A DNA stretch of 64,000 bases from an uncultured Eubacteriales bacterium (GCA_905205065.1 CAJLCI010000001.1:124690-188689), one strand, 5' to 3'. Shown: positions 39,978 through 50,728, numbered from the stretch's first letter. Notes: generated from the sequence alone by a model not told the origin. Program-made: numbers and translations.

Positions 39978-40610
39978 TCAGCCGTTTAAAGCTTCTAAAG
40001 TAAGCTTTGTTGTATCAGCTACCTCAACCTGCCCGATAACGGTCCTAAGCTTATTCTTTTTTTCATAGTAGTTCTTAAGCGGTTCTGTCTGCTCATGATA
40101 AACCTTAAGTCTGTCAATAACAACAGCAGGATCGTCATCCTTGCGTATTATAAGATCAGCTCCGCATTTGTCACAAATGCCCTCATGCTTCGGCTTATTC
40201 CATTCAACATGGAAAGACGCGCCGCAAACGGGACAAACTCTGCGTCCGCTCATCCTTTCTACAATATCATTGTCAGAAACCTCTATACTGATTACACGGT
40301 CAATTTCAACACCCATTTCATCAAGCGCTTCAGCCTGAACAACAGTCCGAGGAAAACCGTCTAAAATAAATCCTTTAGCACAGTCATCCTTTGCGAGTCT
40401 TTCTTTGATTATACCGATAACCACATCATCGGGAACAAGCTTGCCTGCCTCTGTATAAGACATTGCGGCCTTTCCCATCTCAGTTCCTGTCTTAATAGCT
40501 TCCCTAATAATCGCTCCTGTAGATATTGCAGGAATTCCATAAGTTTTGCTGACAATTTCAGCCTGAGTGCCTTTGCCGGCACCGGGAGCCCCTAAAAATA
40601 TTATTTTCAT
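39978..40610 (-). CDS. adk: Adenylate kinase (Zn-lid type)
   Basis: MKIIFLGAPGAGKGTQ is followed by a CPVCG...CDKCG lid. Confidence 0.95.
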   Translation of the reverse strand: MKIIFLGAPGAGKGTQAEIVSKTYGIPAISTGAIIREAIKTGTEMGKAAMSYTEAGKLVPDDVVIGIIKERLAKDDCAKGFILDGFPRTVVQAEALDEMGVEIDRVISIEVSDNDIVERMSGRRVCPVCGASFHVEWNKPKHEGICDKCGADLIIRKDDDPAVVIDRLKVYHEQTEPLKNYYEKKNKLRTVIGQVEVADTTKLTLEALNG

Positions 40611-40635
40611 AATTTTGTGCCATTCCTTACCGACA

Positions 40636-41937
40636 TTATTCAAGGAATCCCTTGTAATGTCTCATAGTCATCTGCGCCTCCAGCTCCGTTACGGTTTCAA
40701 GTGCAACACCTACTACAATCAGAAGCGAAGAACCTCCGAATGCAATGCTTCCGAGCGAGCTTCCGGTGCAGATATTGACGATAAGCGGAAATACCGCGAT
40801 AATATCAAGGAACAGAGCTCCTATAAGCGTGATTCTTCCGCGTACCTTTCTGATATACTCTACCGTAGGTCTTCCGGAACGTATTCCCTTGATCATGCCT
40901 CCGTTTTTCTGGAGATTATTTGCAATTTCAACAGGATTGAAAGAAATTTCAACATAGAAATATGCAAATGCGATAATCAATATAAACATCAGAGCCGGAT
41001 AAAACCATGATGAATATGAAAAGAACTGCAGAAATCCATGCCAGAAGGTTCCTTCTTCAGGCGTCGGGAAAAGCATCGCAATTGTCGTGGGAAGAGAAAC
41101 AATTGAGCTTGCAAAGATGATAGGCATAACTCCGGACATATTGAGTTTAATCGGAAGGAACGAGGACTGACCTCCGTACATTTTCCTACCGACAACCTTC
41201 TTGGCATACTGCACCGGAATACGCCTTTCACTGTTTGTAACAAATACAACAAATACAATTACAGCCAATGCTATAAAGATTATTGCTTCAGCGGCTACAA
41301 TATACCACGGACCGCTCATGAAGAAGGATATGAGCATAGAAACGATCGTCGGACCGCTTGATACGATATTGGCAAAAAGTATCAGTGAAATACCGTTCCC
41401 TATACCGAACTCGTTAATCCTTTCAGCAAGCCACATTACGAGAGCCGAACCGGCAGCATAGCATGCTACGATAACAAAGCCCACGAGTACATTTGCGCCT
41501 GTATTTGAAAATGAAACAATTGCGTCGTTGGCCTTCATATAAGCATAATAACCATATGCGGTTATAAGCCCAAGTCCGACTGTCGCATAACGTGTAATCG
41601 TATTTATTTTTTTTCTTCCTTCTTCGCCGTCCTTCTGCATTCTTTCAAGTGCAGGAATTGCGATAGTAAGGAGCTGCATTACAATTTGTGCAGTGATATA
41701 CGGTTGAATAGACAATGCAAACAATGTCGCACGCGAGAATGCCTCGCCTGACATAATATTCAGGTACTGGAAAAAGGATCCGTTGCTTGCAGAAAAGTTC
41801 TCCGCAAGTACATTCGCATCTACAAACGGAACAGGCATTACAGCTCCCAGTCTGTAGAGCAGAATAATCATAAGTACGAACAACATTTTTCTTCTAAGAT
41901 CCGGGATCTTGAAAGCGTTGACTATCGTCTTGAACAC
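40636..41937 (-). CDS. secY: Preprotein translocase subunit SecY
   Basis: The 433-aa ORF has 10 TM segments and matches the SecY family. Confidence 0.96.
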   Translation of the reverse strand: MFKTIVNAFKIPDLRRKMLFVLMIILLYRLGAVMPVPFVDANVLAENFSASNGSFFQYLNIMSGEAFSRATLFALSIQPYITAQIVMQLLTIAIPALERMQKDGEEGRKKINTITRYATVGLGLITAYGYYAYMKANDAIVSFSNTGANVLVGFVIVACYAAGSALVMWLAERINEFGIGNGISLILFANIVSSGPTIVSMLISFFMSGPWYIVAAEAIIFIALAVIVFVVFVTNSERRIPVQYAKKVVGRKMYGGQSSFLPIKLNMSGVMPIIFASSIVSLPTTIAMLFPTPEEGTFWHGFLQFFSYSSWFYPALMFILIIAFAYFYVEISFNPVEIANNLQKNGGMIKGIRSGRPTVEYIRKVRGRITLIGALFLDIIAVFPLIVNICTGSSLGSIAFGGSSLLIVVGVALETVTELEAQMTMRHYKGFLE

Positions 41938-41938
41938 G

Positions 41939-42379
41939 TTATACCACCTCAGCCTTTCCGCCTGCGGCCTCTATTTTTTCTTTTGCGGAGGTGCTGAAGC
42001 AGGAAGCTTTTACAGTAAGCTTCTTTGTAATTTCCCCGTTACCGAGAATCTTCAGGCCGTCAAGCGGATTAGTTATAATACGGCGAGACTTAAGTGCCGC
42101 CATATCCACAACATCACCATCTTCAAAAACATTGAGCTGCGCAACATTTGCAATTGCATAGTTCACTGCAAAACGGTTCTTGAAGCCCCTTTTCGGAAGT
42201 CTTCTGTAAAGCGGAATTTGTCCGCCTTCAAAACCAGGACGTACGCCGCCGCCCGAACGCGCATTCTGACCTTTATGACCTTTTCCAGAGGTTTTTCCGT
42301 TTCCGGAACCAGGACCTCTTCCTACGCGGAAGGAAGCTTTTACCGAGCCTTCCGCAGGTGAAAGTTCATGGAGTTTCAT
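41939..42379 (-). CDS. rplO: 50S ribosomal protein L15
   Basis: The start is taken at [12 protein letters not shown], the canonical L15 N-terminus. Confidence 0.93.
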   Translation of the reverse strand: MKLHELSPAEGSVKASFRVGRGPGSGNGKTSGKGHKGQNARSGGGVRPGFEGGQIPLYRRLPKRGFKNRFAVNYAIANVAQLNVFEDGDVVDMAALKSRRIITNPLDGLKILGNGEITKKLTVKASCFSTSAKEKIEAAGGKAEVV

Positions 42380-42513
42380 CTGTATGAACATTCCTTTCTT
42401 TATCGGAGTACGAACAGTTACGTTAAGACTCATAGCAAAATTCTGCTCGTTTTTCGATGCCTGATGCCACCGAATAATCTCTCCTTATTTTTTAGAACAA
42501 GTTTCCGAATAAA

Positions 42514-42696
42514 TTACTCGGCAGCCTCTACTTTAACAAGGTGGGCTATTTTTACGATTTTGCCGTCAATAACGCTTCCTGACTCGTGAACAATACTGTC
42601 GCCAATCTTACGAAGACCGAGAGACTCAGCAGTAAGCTTTTGATTAGGCTTTGCGCCGATGAGGCTCTTTGCGAGTGTGATTTTTACCTTACTCAT
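42514..42696 (-). CDS. rpmD: 50S ribosomal protein L30
   Basis: The 60-aa ORF reads MSKVKITLAKSLIG. Confidence 0.93.
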   Translation of the reverse strand: MSKVKITLAKSLIGAKPNQKLTAESLGLRKIGDSIVHESGSVIDGKIVKIAHLVKVEAAE

Positions 42697-42708
42697 TTCG
42701 GCTCCTCC

Positions 42709-43212
42709 TTATTTCTTAAGCGATTCAACAGAGATTCCGCGGATTCTTGCGACCTCTTCAGCCGTACGCAGAGCTTTCAAACCCTCAAAAGTCGCTTTTA
42801 CAACATTTGTCGGATTGTTTGAACGGAGACACTTTGCACGGATGTTTTTGATTCCGGCCATCTCCAGAACATCACGGACTGTTCCGCCTGCAATAACTCC
42901 GGTACCTTCCGCAGCCGGCTTAAGCAAAACCTTTCCTGATCCGAATACACCAATAATTTCATGAGGTATTGTAGTACCCTTAAGAGACACTTCGATAAGA
43001 TTTTTCTTAGCATCTTCAATTCCCTTGCGAATAGCATCCGGAACCTCTGCCGCTTTGCCCAAACCGTATCCGACATGTCCGTTTTTGTCACCGACAACCA
43101 TAATAGCCGTGAAACGCTGAATACGTCCGCCCTTTACAGTTTTGGATACACGGTTGAGAGCAACAAGCTTTTCCTCAAGTTCCATCGTGGATGCATCTAT
43201 CTTTTTTATCAT
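42709..43212 (-). CDS. rpsE: 30S ribosomal protein S5
   Basis: The 167-aa ORF matches the S5 family. Confidence 0.96.
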   Translation of the reverse strand: MIKKIDASTMELEEKLVALNRVSKTVKGGRIQRFTAIMVVGDKNGHVGYGLGKAAEVPDAIRKGIEDAKKNLIEVSLKGTTIPHEIIGVFGSGKVLLKPAAEGTGVIAGGTVRDVLEMAGIKNIRAKCLRSNNPTNVVKATFEGLKALRTAEEVARIRGISVESLKK

Positions 43213-43227
43213 TTCTGTTACCCTCCG

Positions 43228-43587
43228 TTAGAATTTGAGTCCGCCTTCACGGGCGCCTTCTGCAAGCTCTTGTACACGTCCGTGGTAAATATAACCGCCG
43301 CGATCGAATACAACTTCCTCAATACCATTCTCAATTGCACGTTTTGCAATGAGATTTCCGACCTTGCGGGCAGCCGCCTTATTTCCGCCGCTGCCTTCAA
43401 AATCCTTCTCGATGCTGTTTGCAGAAACAAGCGTCTTTCCTGCGGCATCGTCGATTATCTGAGCATAAATATTGCTATTGGAGCGGTAAACAGCAAGACG
43501 GGGACGCTCCGGCGTGCCGGAAATTTTTCCTCTGATTCTCTTGTGTCTCATGATACGTCCAATATTTTTATCTTTTTTCGTTATCAT
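43228..43587 (-). CDS. rplR: 50S ribosomal protein L18
   Basis: The 119-aa ORF matches the L18 family. Confidence 0.96.
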   Translation of the reverse strand: MITKKDKNIGRIMRHKRIRGKISGTPERPRLAVYRSNSNIYAQIIDDAAGKTLVSANSIEKDFEGSGGNKAAARKVGNLIAKRAIENGIEEVVFDRGGYIYHGRVQELAEGAREGGLKF

Positions 43588-43607
43588 TTCCCGACCACTC
43601 CTTTCAT

Positions 43608-44147
43608 TTATTTGGCTGACTTACCGGCCTTGCGGCGGATAACTTCACCCTCATATTTAACTCCCTTGCCAAGGTATGGCTCAGGCGGACGGCATTCACG
43701 AATCTGAGCTGAGATCTGACCGACAAGCTGTTTGTCTGTTCCGCGTACGATTACCGTATTGGTGTCAGGAGTCTCAAACGTAATTCCGTCTTTCTCTTCA
43801 AACGTTATCGGATGAGAATATCCGAGATTGAGCGTCAAAGTTTTTCCGCTCTTCTGAGCTCTGTAACCAACGCCGACAATTTCCAGCTTCTTGGAATATC
43901 CCTCGGTTACACCGATAACCATATTATTGATAAGCGTCCTTGTGAGACCGTGAAGAGCGCGGTCTTCTTTTTCGTCACTCGGACGGGATACATTAATCAC
44001 ATCTCCGTCCTTTTTAATAATCATTCTTGAACTAAGAGCCTGTGTAAGAGTTCCAAGCTTGCCCTTAACAGTAACCACATTTCCGTCTGCGATACTGACA
44101 TCGGTTCCGGCAGGAATTGCAACAGGCTTTCTACCTATTCTTGACAT
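43608..44147 (-). CDS. rplF: 50S ribosomal protein L6
   Basis: MSRIGRKPV identifies L6 (179 aa). Confidence 0.96.
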   Translation of the reverse strand: MSRIGRKPVAIPAGTDVSIADGNVVTVKGKLGTLTQALSSRMIIKKDGDVINVSRPSDEKEDRALHGLTRTLINNMVIGVTEGYSKKLEIVGVGYRAQKSGKTLTLNLGYSHPITFEEKDGITFETPDTNTVIVRGTDKQLVGQISAQIRECRPPEPYLGKGVKYEGEVIRRKAGKSAK

Positions 44148-44168
44148 TATACCTTCCTCCCTTACCGA

Positions 44169-44564
44169 TTACCAAACGAAAGCAAGAACTTCGCCGCCGA
44201 CGTTTTCGGAGCGGGCCTGCTTATCTGTCATTATTCCTTTAGACGTAGAAATAATAGCTACGCCGAGACCATTCATAACCTTAGGCATATCCTCGCAGCT
44301 TGAGTAAATGCGAAGTCCAGGCTTTGATACACGGCGAAGTCCCTGAATTGTCTTCTGCTTACCGTTGTATTTCAGAGTGATTCTGATAATCCCCTGTTTG
44401 CCGTCCTCAATTACCTGATAGCTTTTAATATAACCTTCCTTAACAAGAATGTCGGCGATAGATTTTTTCATATTTGACGCCGGAACATCCACTGTTTCAT
44501 GCTTTGCATTGTTAGCATTGCGGATTCTTGTAAGCATATCCGCAATTACATCTGACATTTGCAT
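44169..44564 (-). CDS. rpsH: 30S ribosomal protein S8
   Basis: [13 protein letters not shown] identifies S8 (131 aa). Confidence 0.96.
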   Translation of the reverse strand: MQMSDVIADMLTRIRNANNAKHETVDVPASNMKKSIADILVKEGYIKSYQVIEDGKQGIIRITLKYNGKQKTIQGLRRVSKPGLRIYSSCEDMPKVMNGLGVAIISTSKGIMTDKQARSENVGGEVLAFVW

Positions 44565-44798
44565 TGTTTTTCCTCCTTAATGCAATGCCGGCATAGCCGG
44601 CTTAGTATCGGCGGTTAAAGCGAGACCTTCGCTCTCCTTCCGATTAAGCTTTGGAGCTTTGTCTAAAATATAGCCGATAAATATTAAGCTGTATTTTGTA
44701 CATTTTATTTCCGCCGGCGGCGGGAAAACTTTTATGTTTTCTCTGCTCCGACTCCTGACGGAATACTTTCCGTCAATCCTGCAGAGCAATTTTCACTG

Positions 44799-44840
44799 CT
44801 GAAAAATAATTATTACCAGCTGAAAAATAATTATTACCAG
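44799..44840. repeat. Perfect 21-bp tandem duplication spanning the rpsN stop codon
   Basis: ctgaaaaataattattaccag occurs twice. The second copy contains the last codons and the TAA of S14. Confidence 0.9.
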
Positions 44841-45019
44841 CTTGCCTTGCGTACACCGGGTATAGCGCCCTTGTAAGCAAGCTCACGGAAGCATATACGG
44901 CAAATACCGTATTTACGGAGATACGCGTGAGGACGGCCGCAAATCTTGCAGCGGTTGTACTCACGTGTTGAGTACTTCTGTGCTTTCTGCTGTTTCAGTA
45001 TCATCGATTTTTTTGCCAT
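44834..45019 (-). CDS. rpsN: 30S ribosomal protein S14, type Z (zinc-binding)
   Basis: The 61-aa ORF has a CKICG...CRIC motif. Confidence 0.95.
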   Translation of the reverse strand: MAKKSMILKQQKAQKYSTREYNRCKICGRPHAYLRKYGICRICFRELAYKGAIPGVRKASW

Positions 45020-45031
45020 CTTACGTTCTCC

Positions 45032-45574
45032 TTATTTTTCGAACGGAGCGCCCATCAGGCTGAGAAGCTCACGAGCCTCGTCGTCCGTCTGCGCCGTCGT
45101 TACAAATGCAATATTCATTCCACGGATCTTCTCAACTTTATCATACTCGATTTCGGGAAATATAAGCTGTTCCTTAAGACCGAGAGAATAATTTCCTCTG
45201 CCGTCAAAAGAGTCTTTTCCGATTCCCTTAAAATCACGTACGCGCGGGAGCGCAAAATTGAAAAGTCTGTCCATAAATTCGAACATTCTCTCTCCGCGAA
45301 GCGTAACTTTAACTCCGATTTTCATACCCTCACGAAGCTTAAAGTTTGCAACCGATTTTTTAGCCACAGTCGGAACTGCGTGCTGTCCGGTAATCGTCGT
45401 AATATCATTTATAACATTTTCGATGACCTTTGAATTATCCTTTGCGTCGCCGGTACCTACGTTTATTACAATCTTCTCAAAACGCGGAATCTGCATGGGA
45501 CTCGAATAATTATACTTTTTCATAAGCGCGGGAGCAACTTCATTCTTATACATATCTTTAAGTCTTGCTGACAT
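45032..45574 (-). CDS. rplE: 50S ribosomal protein L5
   Basis: The 180-aa ORF matches the L5 family. Confidence 0.96.
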   Translation of the reverse strand: MSARLKDMYKNEVAPALMKKYNYSSPMQIPRFEKIVINVGTGDAKDNSKVIENVINDITTITGQHAVPTVAKKSVANFKLREGMKIGVKVTLRGERMFEFMDRLFNFALPRVRDFKGIGKDSFDGRGNYSLGLKEQLIFPEIEYDKVEKIRGMNIAFVTTAQTDDEARELLSLMGAPFEK

Positions 45575-45592
45575 AATCTGTTACCTCCCGTC

Positions 45593-45910
45593 TCAAAGCT
45601 TCGCGCCGCATTTAGCGCAAACTCTGATTTTCTTTCCGTCTTTGCCGACGCTAACCTTAGAACGGCGGCCTGCCTTGCATTCAGGGCAATAGAGAGCAAC
45701 TTTATCTGCATAAATAGCGCCCTCAACCTCAAGAATCTGCCCGGTCTCACCCTGACGGCGCGGCTTCTGGTGTTTCTTAACGATGTGTACTCCGCTTACC
45801 AGCACTTTTCTTTCGCTGGGGGAAACGCTGATAACTTTTCCGCGCTTTCCCTTATCATTGCCGGAGATAACAATGACTTCGTCATCCTTTTTTACATGAA
45901 GTGTATTCAC
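45593..45910 (-). CDS. rplX: 50S ribosomal protein L24 (four-Cys variant)
   Basis: The KOW N-terminus is present. The C-terminal half carries CPECK...CAKCG. Confidence 0.93.
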   Translation of the reverse strand: MNTLHVKKDDEVIVISGNDKGKRGKVISVSPSERKVLVSGVHIVKKHQKPRRQGETGQILEVEGAIYADKVALYCPECKAGRRSKVSVGKDGKKIRVCAKCGAKL

Positions 45911-45926
45911 TGTAACTTACCTCCGC

Positions 45927-46295
45927 TCAAAGTACTTCCGGAGCAAGTGAAAGAATTTTCAAATAATCCTTTTCACGGAGCTCTCTTGCAATCGGCCCAA
46001 AAATACGGGTTCCTCTCGGGTTTTTGTCTTCTCTGATAATAACGGCCGCGTTGTCATCAAAACGAACGCATGAACCGTCAGCTCTTTTTACGCCTTTGAC
46101 TGTACGAACTACGACTGCCTTGACAACGTCGCCTTTTTTGCACTGTCCTCCAGGCGCTGCTTTTTTTACAGTTGCTACAACGACATCACCGATTCTTGCA
46201 TAACGTCTTCCTGTTCCGCCAAGAACGCGGATACACATGATTTCCTTTGCTCCGGTGTTGTCAGCAACCTTCATATAGCTTTGCTGTTGAATCAC
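45927..46295 (-). CDS. rplN: 50S ribosomal protein L14
   Basis: [17 protein letters not shown] identifies L14 (122 aa). Confidence 0.96.
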   Translation of the reverse strand: MIQQQSYMKVADNTGAKEIMCIRVLGGTGRRYARIGDVVVATVKKAAPGGQCKKGDVVKAVVVRTVKGVKRADGSCVRFDDNAAVIIREDKNPRGTRIFGPIARELREKDYLKILSLAPEVL

Positions 46296-46470
46296 TGTTT
46301 TTTTCCTCCTTATGAAGATTCAGCCGCCCGCGCATTACAGCTTACGCGGACGTATTATCACCGATATACTTTCAGCAAAAGTCAGCTGAATTACAGCCGG
46401 TGATTTATACTCCGGGATTTTCCGGAGATAAATCCGCGCCGGATTTCCAGCACAGAATTCATCCGATTAA

Positions 46471-46755
46471 TTATTTTGCCTTTTCAATAATTTCAACAAG
46501 TCTCCATCTCTTTGTCTTAGAAAGAGGACGGGTTTCCATAACCTCAACTCTATCTCCGACGGAGCACTCATTGTTTTCGTCGTGCACATGGATCTTTATG
46601 GAGTGTTTTACAACCTTGCCGTATTTAGCATGTTTTACATTATCGTCAATCGAAACCACAGCGGTCTTATCCATAGCTGTGCTTACAACATGGCCTACAC
46701 GGGTTTTTCTCAGATTGCGCACAGTTTCCTTAACTTCGTTCATTTCGTTACTCAT
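46471..46755 (-). CDS. rpsQ: 30S ribosomal protein S17
   Basis: [13 protein letters not shown] is the S17 motif. An AGGAGG RBS lies 5 nt before the ATG. Confidence 0.94.
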   Translation of the reverse strand: MSNEMNEVKETVRNLRKTRVGHVVSTAMDKTAVVSIDDNVKHAKYGKVVKHSIKIHVHDENNECSVGDRVEVMETRPLSKTKRWRLVEIIEKAK

Positions 46756-46773
46756 CTCTACCTCCTATGACAG

Positions 46774-46962
46774 TTACACGTTTTTCTGGCGCATGACTGT
46801 CATCACACGGGCGATATCTTTTTTTACATCATCGATCCGGTGGGGATTGTCAAGCTGATTGATTGCGTGCTGAAAACGAAGGTTAAACAGTTCTTCCTTA
46901 AGATCTCCGAGCTTTTTTGTAAGCTCTTCCGACGACATATTCTGCATTTCTTTAGCTTTCAC
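46774..46962 (-). CDS. rpmC: 50S ribosomal protein L29
   Basis: The GTG start is preceded by AAGGAGG at 8 nt, just after the rplP stop. The track ORF is 12 codons too long and would overlap rplP. Confidence 0.9.
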   Translation of the reverse strand: MKAKEMQNMSSEELTKKLGDLKEELFNLRFQHAINQLDNPHRIDDVKKDIARVMTVMRQKNV

Positions 46963-46975
46963 TGCCTGTTCCTCC

Positions 46976-47404
46976 TTACTCAGCCGTCTCAGTCTCATCG
47001 GCTCTCGCTATAAATTTGCATTTAATAGGAAGCTTGTGAGATGCAAGACGCATTGCTTCTTTAGCCGTTTCAAGCGGAACACCGCTCATCTCGAACATTA
47101 CCCGTCCCGGCTTTACAACAGATACCCAGTATTCGGGAGAACCTTTACCGGAACCCATACGAGTTTCCGCAGGCTTCTCGGTAACCGGCTTATCCGGAAA
47201 AATCTTAATCCATACCTGTCCGCCACGACGTATATAACGAGTCATCGCGATACGTGCCGCCTCGATTTGGTTGCTTGTAATCCACGCGGGTTCAACTGCT
47301 ACAAGACCGAAATCTCCGTATGTCAATGTATTTCCGCGTGTCGCCTTGCCTTTCATTCTGCCGCGGTGAACGCGTCTGTACTTAACTCTTTTAGGCATTA
47401 ACAT
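46976..47404 (-). CDS. rplP: 50S ribosomal protein L16
   Basis: [15 protein letters not shown] identifies L16. Its start overlaps the rpsC stop by 1 nt. Confidence 0.96.
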   Translation of the reverse strand: MLMPKRVKYRRVHRGRMKGKATRGNTLTYGDFGLVAVEPAWITSNQIEAARIAMTRYIRRGGQVWIKIFPDKPVTEKPAETRMGSGKGSPEYWVSVVKPGRVMFEMSGVPLETAKEAMRLASHKLPIKCKFIARADETETAE

Positions 47405-48276
47405 CAGTTTGCGCCCCCTTCTTTGTTGGATCTTCCTCCGGCGCCGCCTTTTCCTGCAAAATTACCACGGCCGCCTCCGGCACCGCCTCTTCCTGCAAAA
47501 TTACCGCGACCTCCGGCGCCGCCGCGGCCTGCAAAGTTTCCTCGGCCACCGTTGCGTCCGCCGTTGTTTCTGCGGCCTCCGCTCCGTCCGTCACGCTGAT
47601 CTGCCGGTTTGGAATCCGGGAAAGCGCGCTTTGCTTTGTTCTTTGAATCCATAAGGACTTCACCGTTGTAAATCCATACCTTTACACCGATTTTACCGTA
47701 TGTGGTGTTGGCTTCCCAGAAACCGTAATCAATGTCTGCACGAATAGTCTGCAGCGGAATAGTTCCTTCATGATAGTGCTCAGTACGTGCAATTTCAGCG
47801 CCGCCGAGACGTCCGCCGACAGATACTTTAATACCCTTGGCACCGAGCTTCATTGTTCTTCCGATAGCCGACTTCATCGCACGGCGGAAAGAAATACGTC
47901 TTTCAAGCTGACTTGCAATGCTTTCTGCGACAAGCTGAGCATTCAGATCAGGCTGACGAATCTCAACAACGTTTATTACAACCGGCTTATTAACAATTTT
48001 CTCGATAGCTACGCGAAGCTTGTCGATTTCAGAGCCGCCGCGTCCGATGACCATACCGGGCTTAGCGCAGTGAATAAACACTCTTATGCGGAGATTATCA
48101 CGCTCAATCTCAATTTTCGGAACTCCTGCGAGGAAGAGAGTTTTTTTCAGATACTCTCTGACTTTATAGTCCGAAACGAGCGTGTCGCCGAACTCCTCGT
48201 CCTTTGTGAACCATCTGGAGTCCCAGTCTTTTATAACGCCGACTCTGAGGCCGTGCGGATTAACTTTCTGACCCAT
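47404..48276 (-). CDS. rpsC: 30S ribosomal protein S3 with a C-terminal RGG-repeat extension
   Basis: The S3 core is about 215 aa. It is followed by about 70 aa of [13 protein letters not shown] x3, seen as 36-39 nt DNA repeats at 47410-47560. Confidence 0.94.
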   Translation of the reverse strand: MGQKVNPHGLRVGVIKDWDSRWFTKDEEFGDTLVSDYKVREYLKKTLFLAGVPKIEIERDNLRIRVFIHCAKPGMVIGRGGSEIDKLRVAIEKIVNKPVVINVVEIRQPDLNAQLVAESIASQLERRISFRRAMKSAIGRTMKLGAKGIKVSVGGRLGGAEIARTEHYHEGTIPLQTIRADIDYGFWEANTTYGKIGVKVWIYNGEVLMDSKNKAKRAFPDSKPADQRDGRSGGRRNNGGRNGGRGNFAGRGGAGGRGNFAGRGGAGGGRGNFAGKGGAGGRSNKEGGAN

Positions 48277-48296
48277 TTTTCGTTTCCTCCTCCCGA

Positions 48297-48632
48297 TTAT
48301 TCTTTCTCAGCAACACAAATTGTTATATGGCTTGTTCTCTTCAAAATACGGTCTCCTCTTCCCTTTGCCCTCGGCATCATACGCTTGAGAGTAGGTCCGG
48401 GTGTTACCCAGCATTTTGAAACAACAAGATTATGAGAATCCATATCGAAATTGTGTTCTGCATTTGCGCAAGCTGACTTTAAAAGCTTAATAAGGCTTTC
48501 GCTTGCTGCCTTAGGTGTATGCTTCAGAATCGCCATTGCCGTACCCGCGTCCTTGCCGCGAATAAGGTCAAGAACAACCTTTACCTTGCGGGGCGAGATT
48601 CTGACATATTTTGTTTTAGCGTAAGCTTCCAT
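48297..48632 (-). CDS. rplV: 50S ribosomal protein L22
   Basis: The 111-aa ORF matches the L22 family. Confidence 0.96.
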   Translation of the reverse strand: MEAYAKTKYVRISPRKVKVVLDLIRGKDAGTAMAILKHTPKAASESLIKLLKSACANAEHNFDMDSHNLVVSKCWVTPGPTLKRMMPRAKGRGDRILKRTSHITICVAEKE

Positions 48633-48647
48633 TTATCGTACCTCCCG

Positions 48648-48929
48648 TCATTTCGCGGTATTAGAGGTTTTCGAACCGGAATGTCCGCGGAAAACTCTCG
48701 TGGGCGCGAATTCACCGAGTTTATGACCAACCATATCCTCGGTAATGTAAACCGGTACATGCTTTTTTCCGTCATGAACCGCAATCGTGTGGCCGACAAA
48801 CTCAGGGTAAATTGTGGAAGCTCTCGACCATGTTTTAAGAACCTTTTTTTCTTTAGCATCGTTCATAGCCACAATACGGCTGTAAAGCTTAGCTTCGACA
48901 AACGGTCCTTTTTTAAGGCTTCTGCTCAT
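48648..48929 (-). CDS. rpsS: 30S ribosomal protein S19
   Basis: [10 protein letters not shown] identifies S19 (93 aa). Confidence 0.96.
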   Translation of the reverse strand: MSRSLKKGPFVEAKLYSRIVAMNDAKEKKVLKTWSRASTIYPEFVGHTIAVHDGKKHVPVYITEDMVGHKLGEFAPTRVFRGHSGSKTSNTAK

Positions 48930-48946
48930 TGTTTAATGCCTCCTCC

Positions 48947-49777
48947 TTATTTACCGTTTCTGCGTCTGACGATGAACTTATCTGTTCTCGCCTTCTTGTT
49001 ACGAGTCTTATAACCATTCGTAGGTTTACCCCAAGGTGTTACAGGCGAAGGACGTCCGATAGGAGATTTACCTTCACCGCCTCCATGAGGGTGATCACAC
49101 GGGTTCATTGCAGAACCGCGTACTGTAGGTCTGATTCCGCGGTGACGGCTCTTGCCGGCTTTACCGATTTTGACAGTGTCGTGTTCAACATTGCCGACAA
49201 CACCGATCGTTGCCTTGCAGGAAAGACTTACAAGTCTGACCTCTCCAGAAGGAAGTCTTATCTGAGCCATTCCGTTTTCCTTAGCCATAAGCTGAGCCGC
49301 AGCGCCGGCGGAGCGAACCATCTGAGCGCCTTTTCCCGGATAGAGCTCGACGCTGTTTATAATTGTACCGACCGGAATATTGGCAATCGGAAGGGTATTT
49401 CCGACCTTTATATCAGATTCGGGACCGGTGTATACTGTATCTCCGGCTGTAAGTCCTTCCGGAGCAATTATATAGCTCTTGCGGTTCTCGGCATCAGAGA
49501 GAAGCGCGATATATGCCGTACGGTTAGGATCGTATTCGATTCCGACGACAGTTGCAGCGCCTTCTGTCTTACGCTTGAAATCAATAATACGGTATTTTTT
49601 CTTGTTTCCGCCGCCGTGATGACGAACGGTAATGCGGCCATAGCTATTGCGCCCGGAGTTCTTCTTGAGAGTCTTCACAAGGCTCTTTTCGGGAGTCGAC
49701 TTGGTAATCTCTTCGAAGGACGGCACCGACATATTACGGCGGCCATTGGTAGTAGGTTTGTATTTAATTACTGCCAT
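48947..49777 (-). CDS. rplB: 50S ribosomal protein L2
   Basis: The 276-aa ORF matches the L2 family. Confidence 0.97.
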   Translation of the reverse strand: MAVIKYKPTTNGRRNMSVPSFEEITKSTPEKSLVKTLKKNSGRNSYGRITVRHHGGGNKKKYRIIDFKRKTEGAATVVGIEYDPNRTAYIALLSDAENRKSYIIAPEGLTAGDTVYTGPESDIKVGNTLPIANIPVGTIINSVELYPGKGAQMVRSAGAAAQLMAKENGMAQIRLPSGEVRLVSLSCKATIGVVGNVEHDTVKIGKAGKSRHRGIRPTVRGSAMNPCDHPHGGGEGKSPIGRPSPVTPWGKPTNGYKTRNKKARTDKFIVRRRNGK

Positions 49778-49792
49778 TTCTGCTCACCCTCC

Positions 49793-50086
49793 TCAGTTCA
49801 AGCCTTCAAAGAACTCGATCGGTTTCGAATCCTCCGTAAGAGTCACAATAGCTTTTTTCCAACCGGATTTATAACCACTGTGCACACCTACGCGTCTCGG
49901 CTGCTTTTTAACATTGATTGTATTGACGCATTTTACGTCAACTTTAAATATTGTTTCTACCGCCTGCGCAATTTCAGGCTTTGTAGCATCAGACATAACT
50001 CTGAACGCATATTTTTTGTCAGCGCCCATCGCCATGGAATCCTCTGTAATAACAGGAGCGATTATGATGTCATAAATGTTTTTCAT
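49793..50086 (-). CDS. rplW: 50S ribosomal protein L23
   Basis: The 97-aa ORF matches the L23 family. Confidence 0.95.
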   Translation of the reverse strand: MKNIYDIIIAPVITEDSMAMGADKKYAFRVMSDATKPEIAQAVETIFKVDVKCVNTINVKKQPRRVGVHSGYKSGWKKAIVTLTEDSKPIEFFEGLN

Positions 50087-50710
50087 TTATGCAAACACCT
50101 CCTCGAGCTTTTCCGCCGCTTCCTTTGCAACAACAAATGTATCGGCGTTGAGTATGTCGTATACATTGACTGTATTGTAAGGAGCTGTCTTTACGCCCTC
50201 AATATTGGCGCAGGACTTGACAACCTTATTATCGTTATCAGCAAGTACAATCAGACTCTTCTTTCCCGCACCGATTGCGGAAAGCATATTAACCATGGTT
50301 TTGGTCTTATATGAATCTGCGGTGATAGAATCAACAACGATCATATTTCCACCGGCAACCTTGTCGCTGAGCGCACTGCAAATAGCGATTTTTCTAACTT
50401 TCTTATTGACAGACATCTTGTATTTTCTGGGTTTCGGTCCAAGCGCAACCCCACCGTGTGTCCATTGAGGAGATCTTGTGGATCCCTGTCTCGCACGGCC
50501 GGTTCCTTTCTGGCGCCACGGCTTTCTGCCGCCGCCTGAAACCTCAGTACGTGTAAGGGTTGACTGTGTACCCTGTCTCTGATTTGCAAGATACGCTTTG
50601 ACCGCTGTATGAAGAACAGTGGCGTTTACCTCGGCGCCGAAAACTGCATCGGAGAGGGTAATCTCGCCTGTTTCTTTACCCGCCATATTGACTATTTTTA
50701 AAACCGGCAT
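50087..50710 (-). CDS. rplD: 50S ribosomal protein L4
   Basis: The 207-aa ORF matches the L4 family. Confidence 0.96.
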   Translation of the reverse strand: MPVLKIVNMAGKETGEITLSDAVFGAEVNATVLHTAVKAYLANQRQGTQSTLTRTEVSGGGRKPWRQKGTGRARQGSTRSPQWTHGGVALGPKPRKYKMSVNKKVRKIAICSALSDKVAGGNMIVVDSITADSYKTKTMVNMLSAIGAGKKSLIVLADNDNKVVKSCANIEGVKTAPYNTVNVYDILNADTFVVAKEAAEKLEEVFA

Positions 50711-50728
50711 GTAAATTCCTCCTTCCGA

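Noticed and set aside
44577-44789. 70-aa minus-strand ORF in the rpsN-rpsH spacer
   Set aside because: It has no RBS and low-complexity, improbable composition. It spans the hairpin and palindrome cluster, so the region is better explained as structured non-coding sequence.
37886-48435. Other long antisense ORFs in the ribosomal cluster (37886-38467, 38356-38877, 42961-43707, 46400-46858, 47770-48435)
   Set aside because: All overlap conserved r-protein genes on the opposite strand. None has a recognisable domain or an RBS.
48929-50314. 461-aa plus-strand ORF, the longest 'novel' ORF in the window
   Set aside because: It lies entirely antisense to rplB, rplW and rplD, whose products are unmistakable. 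Its composition (rich in R, S, C, F) and the lack of an RBS are typical of shadow ORFs opposite highly expressed genes.
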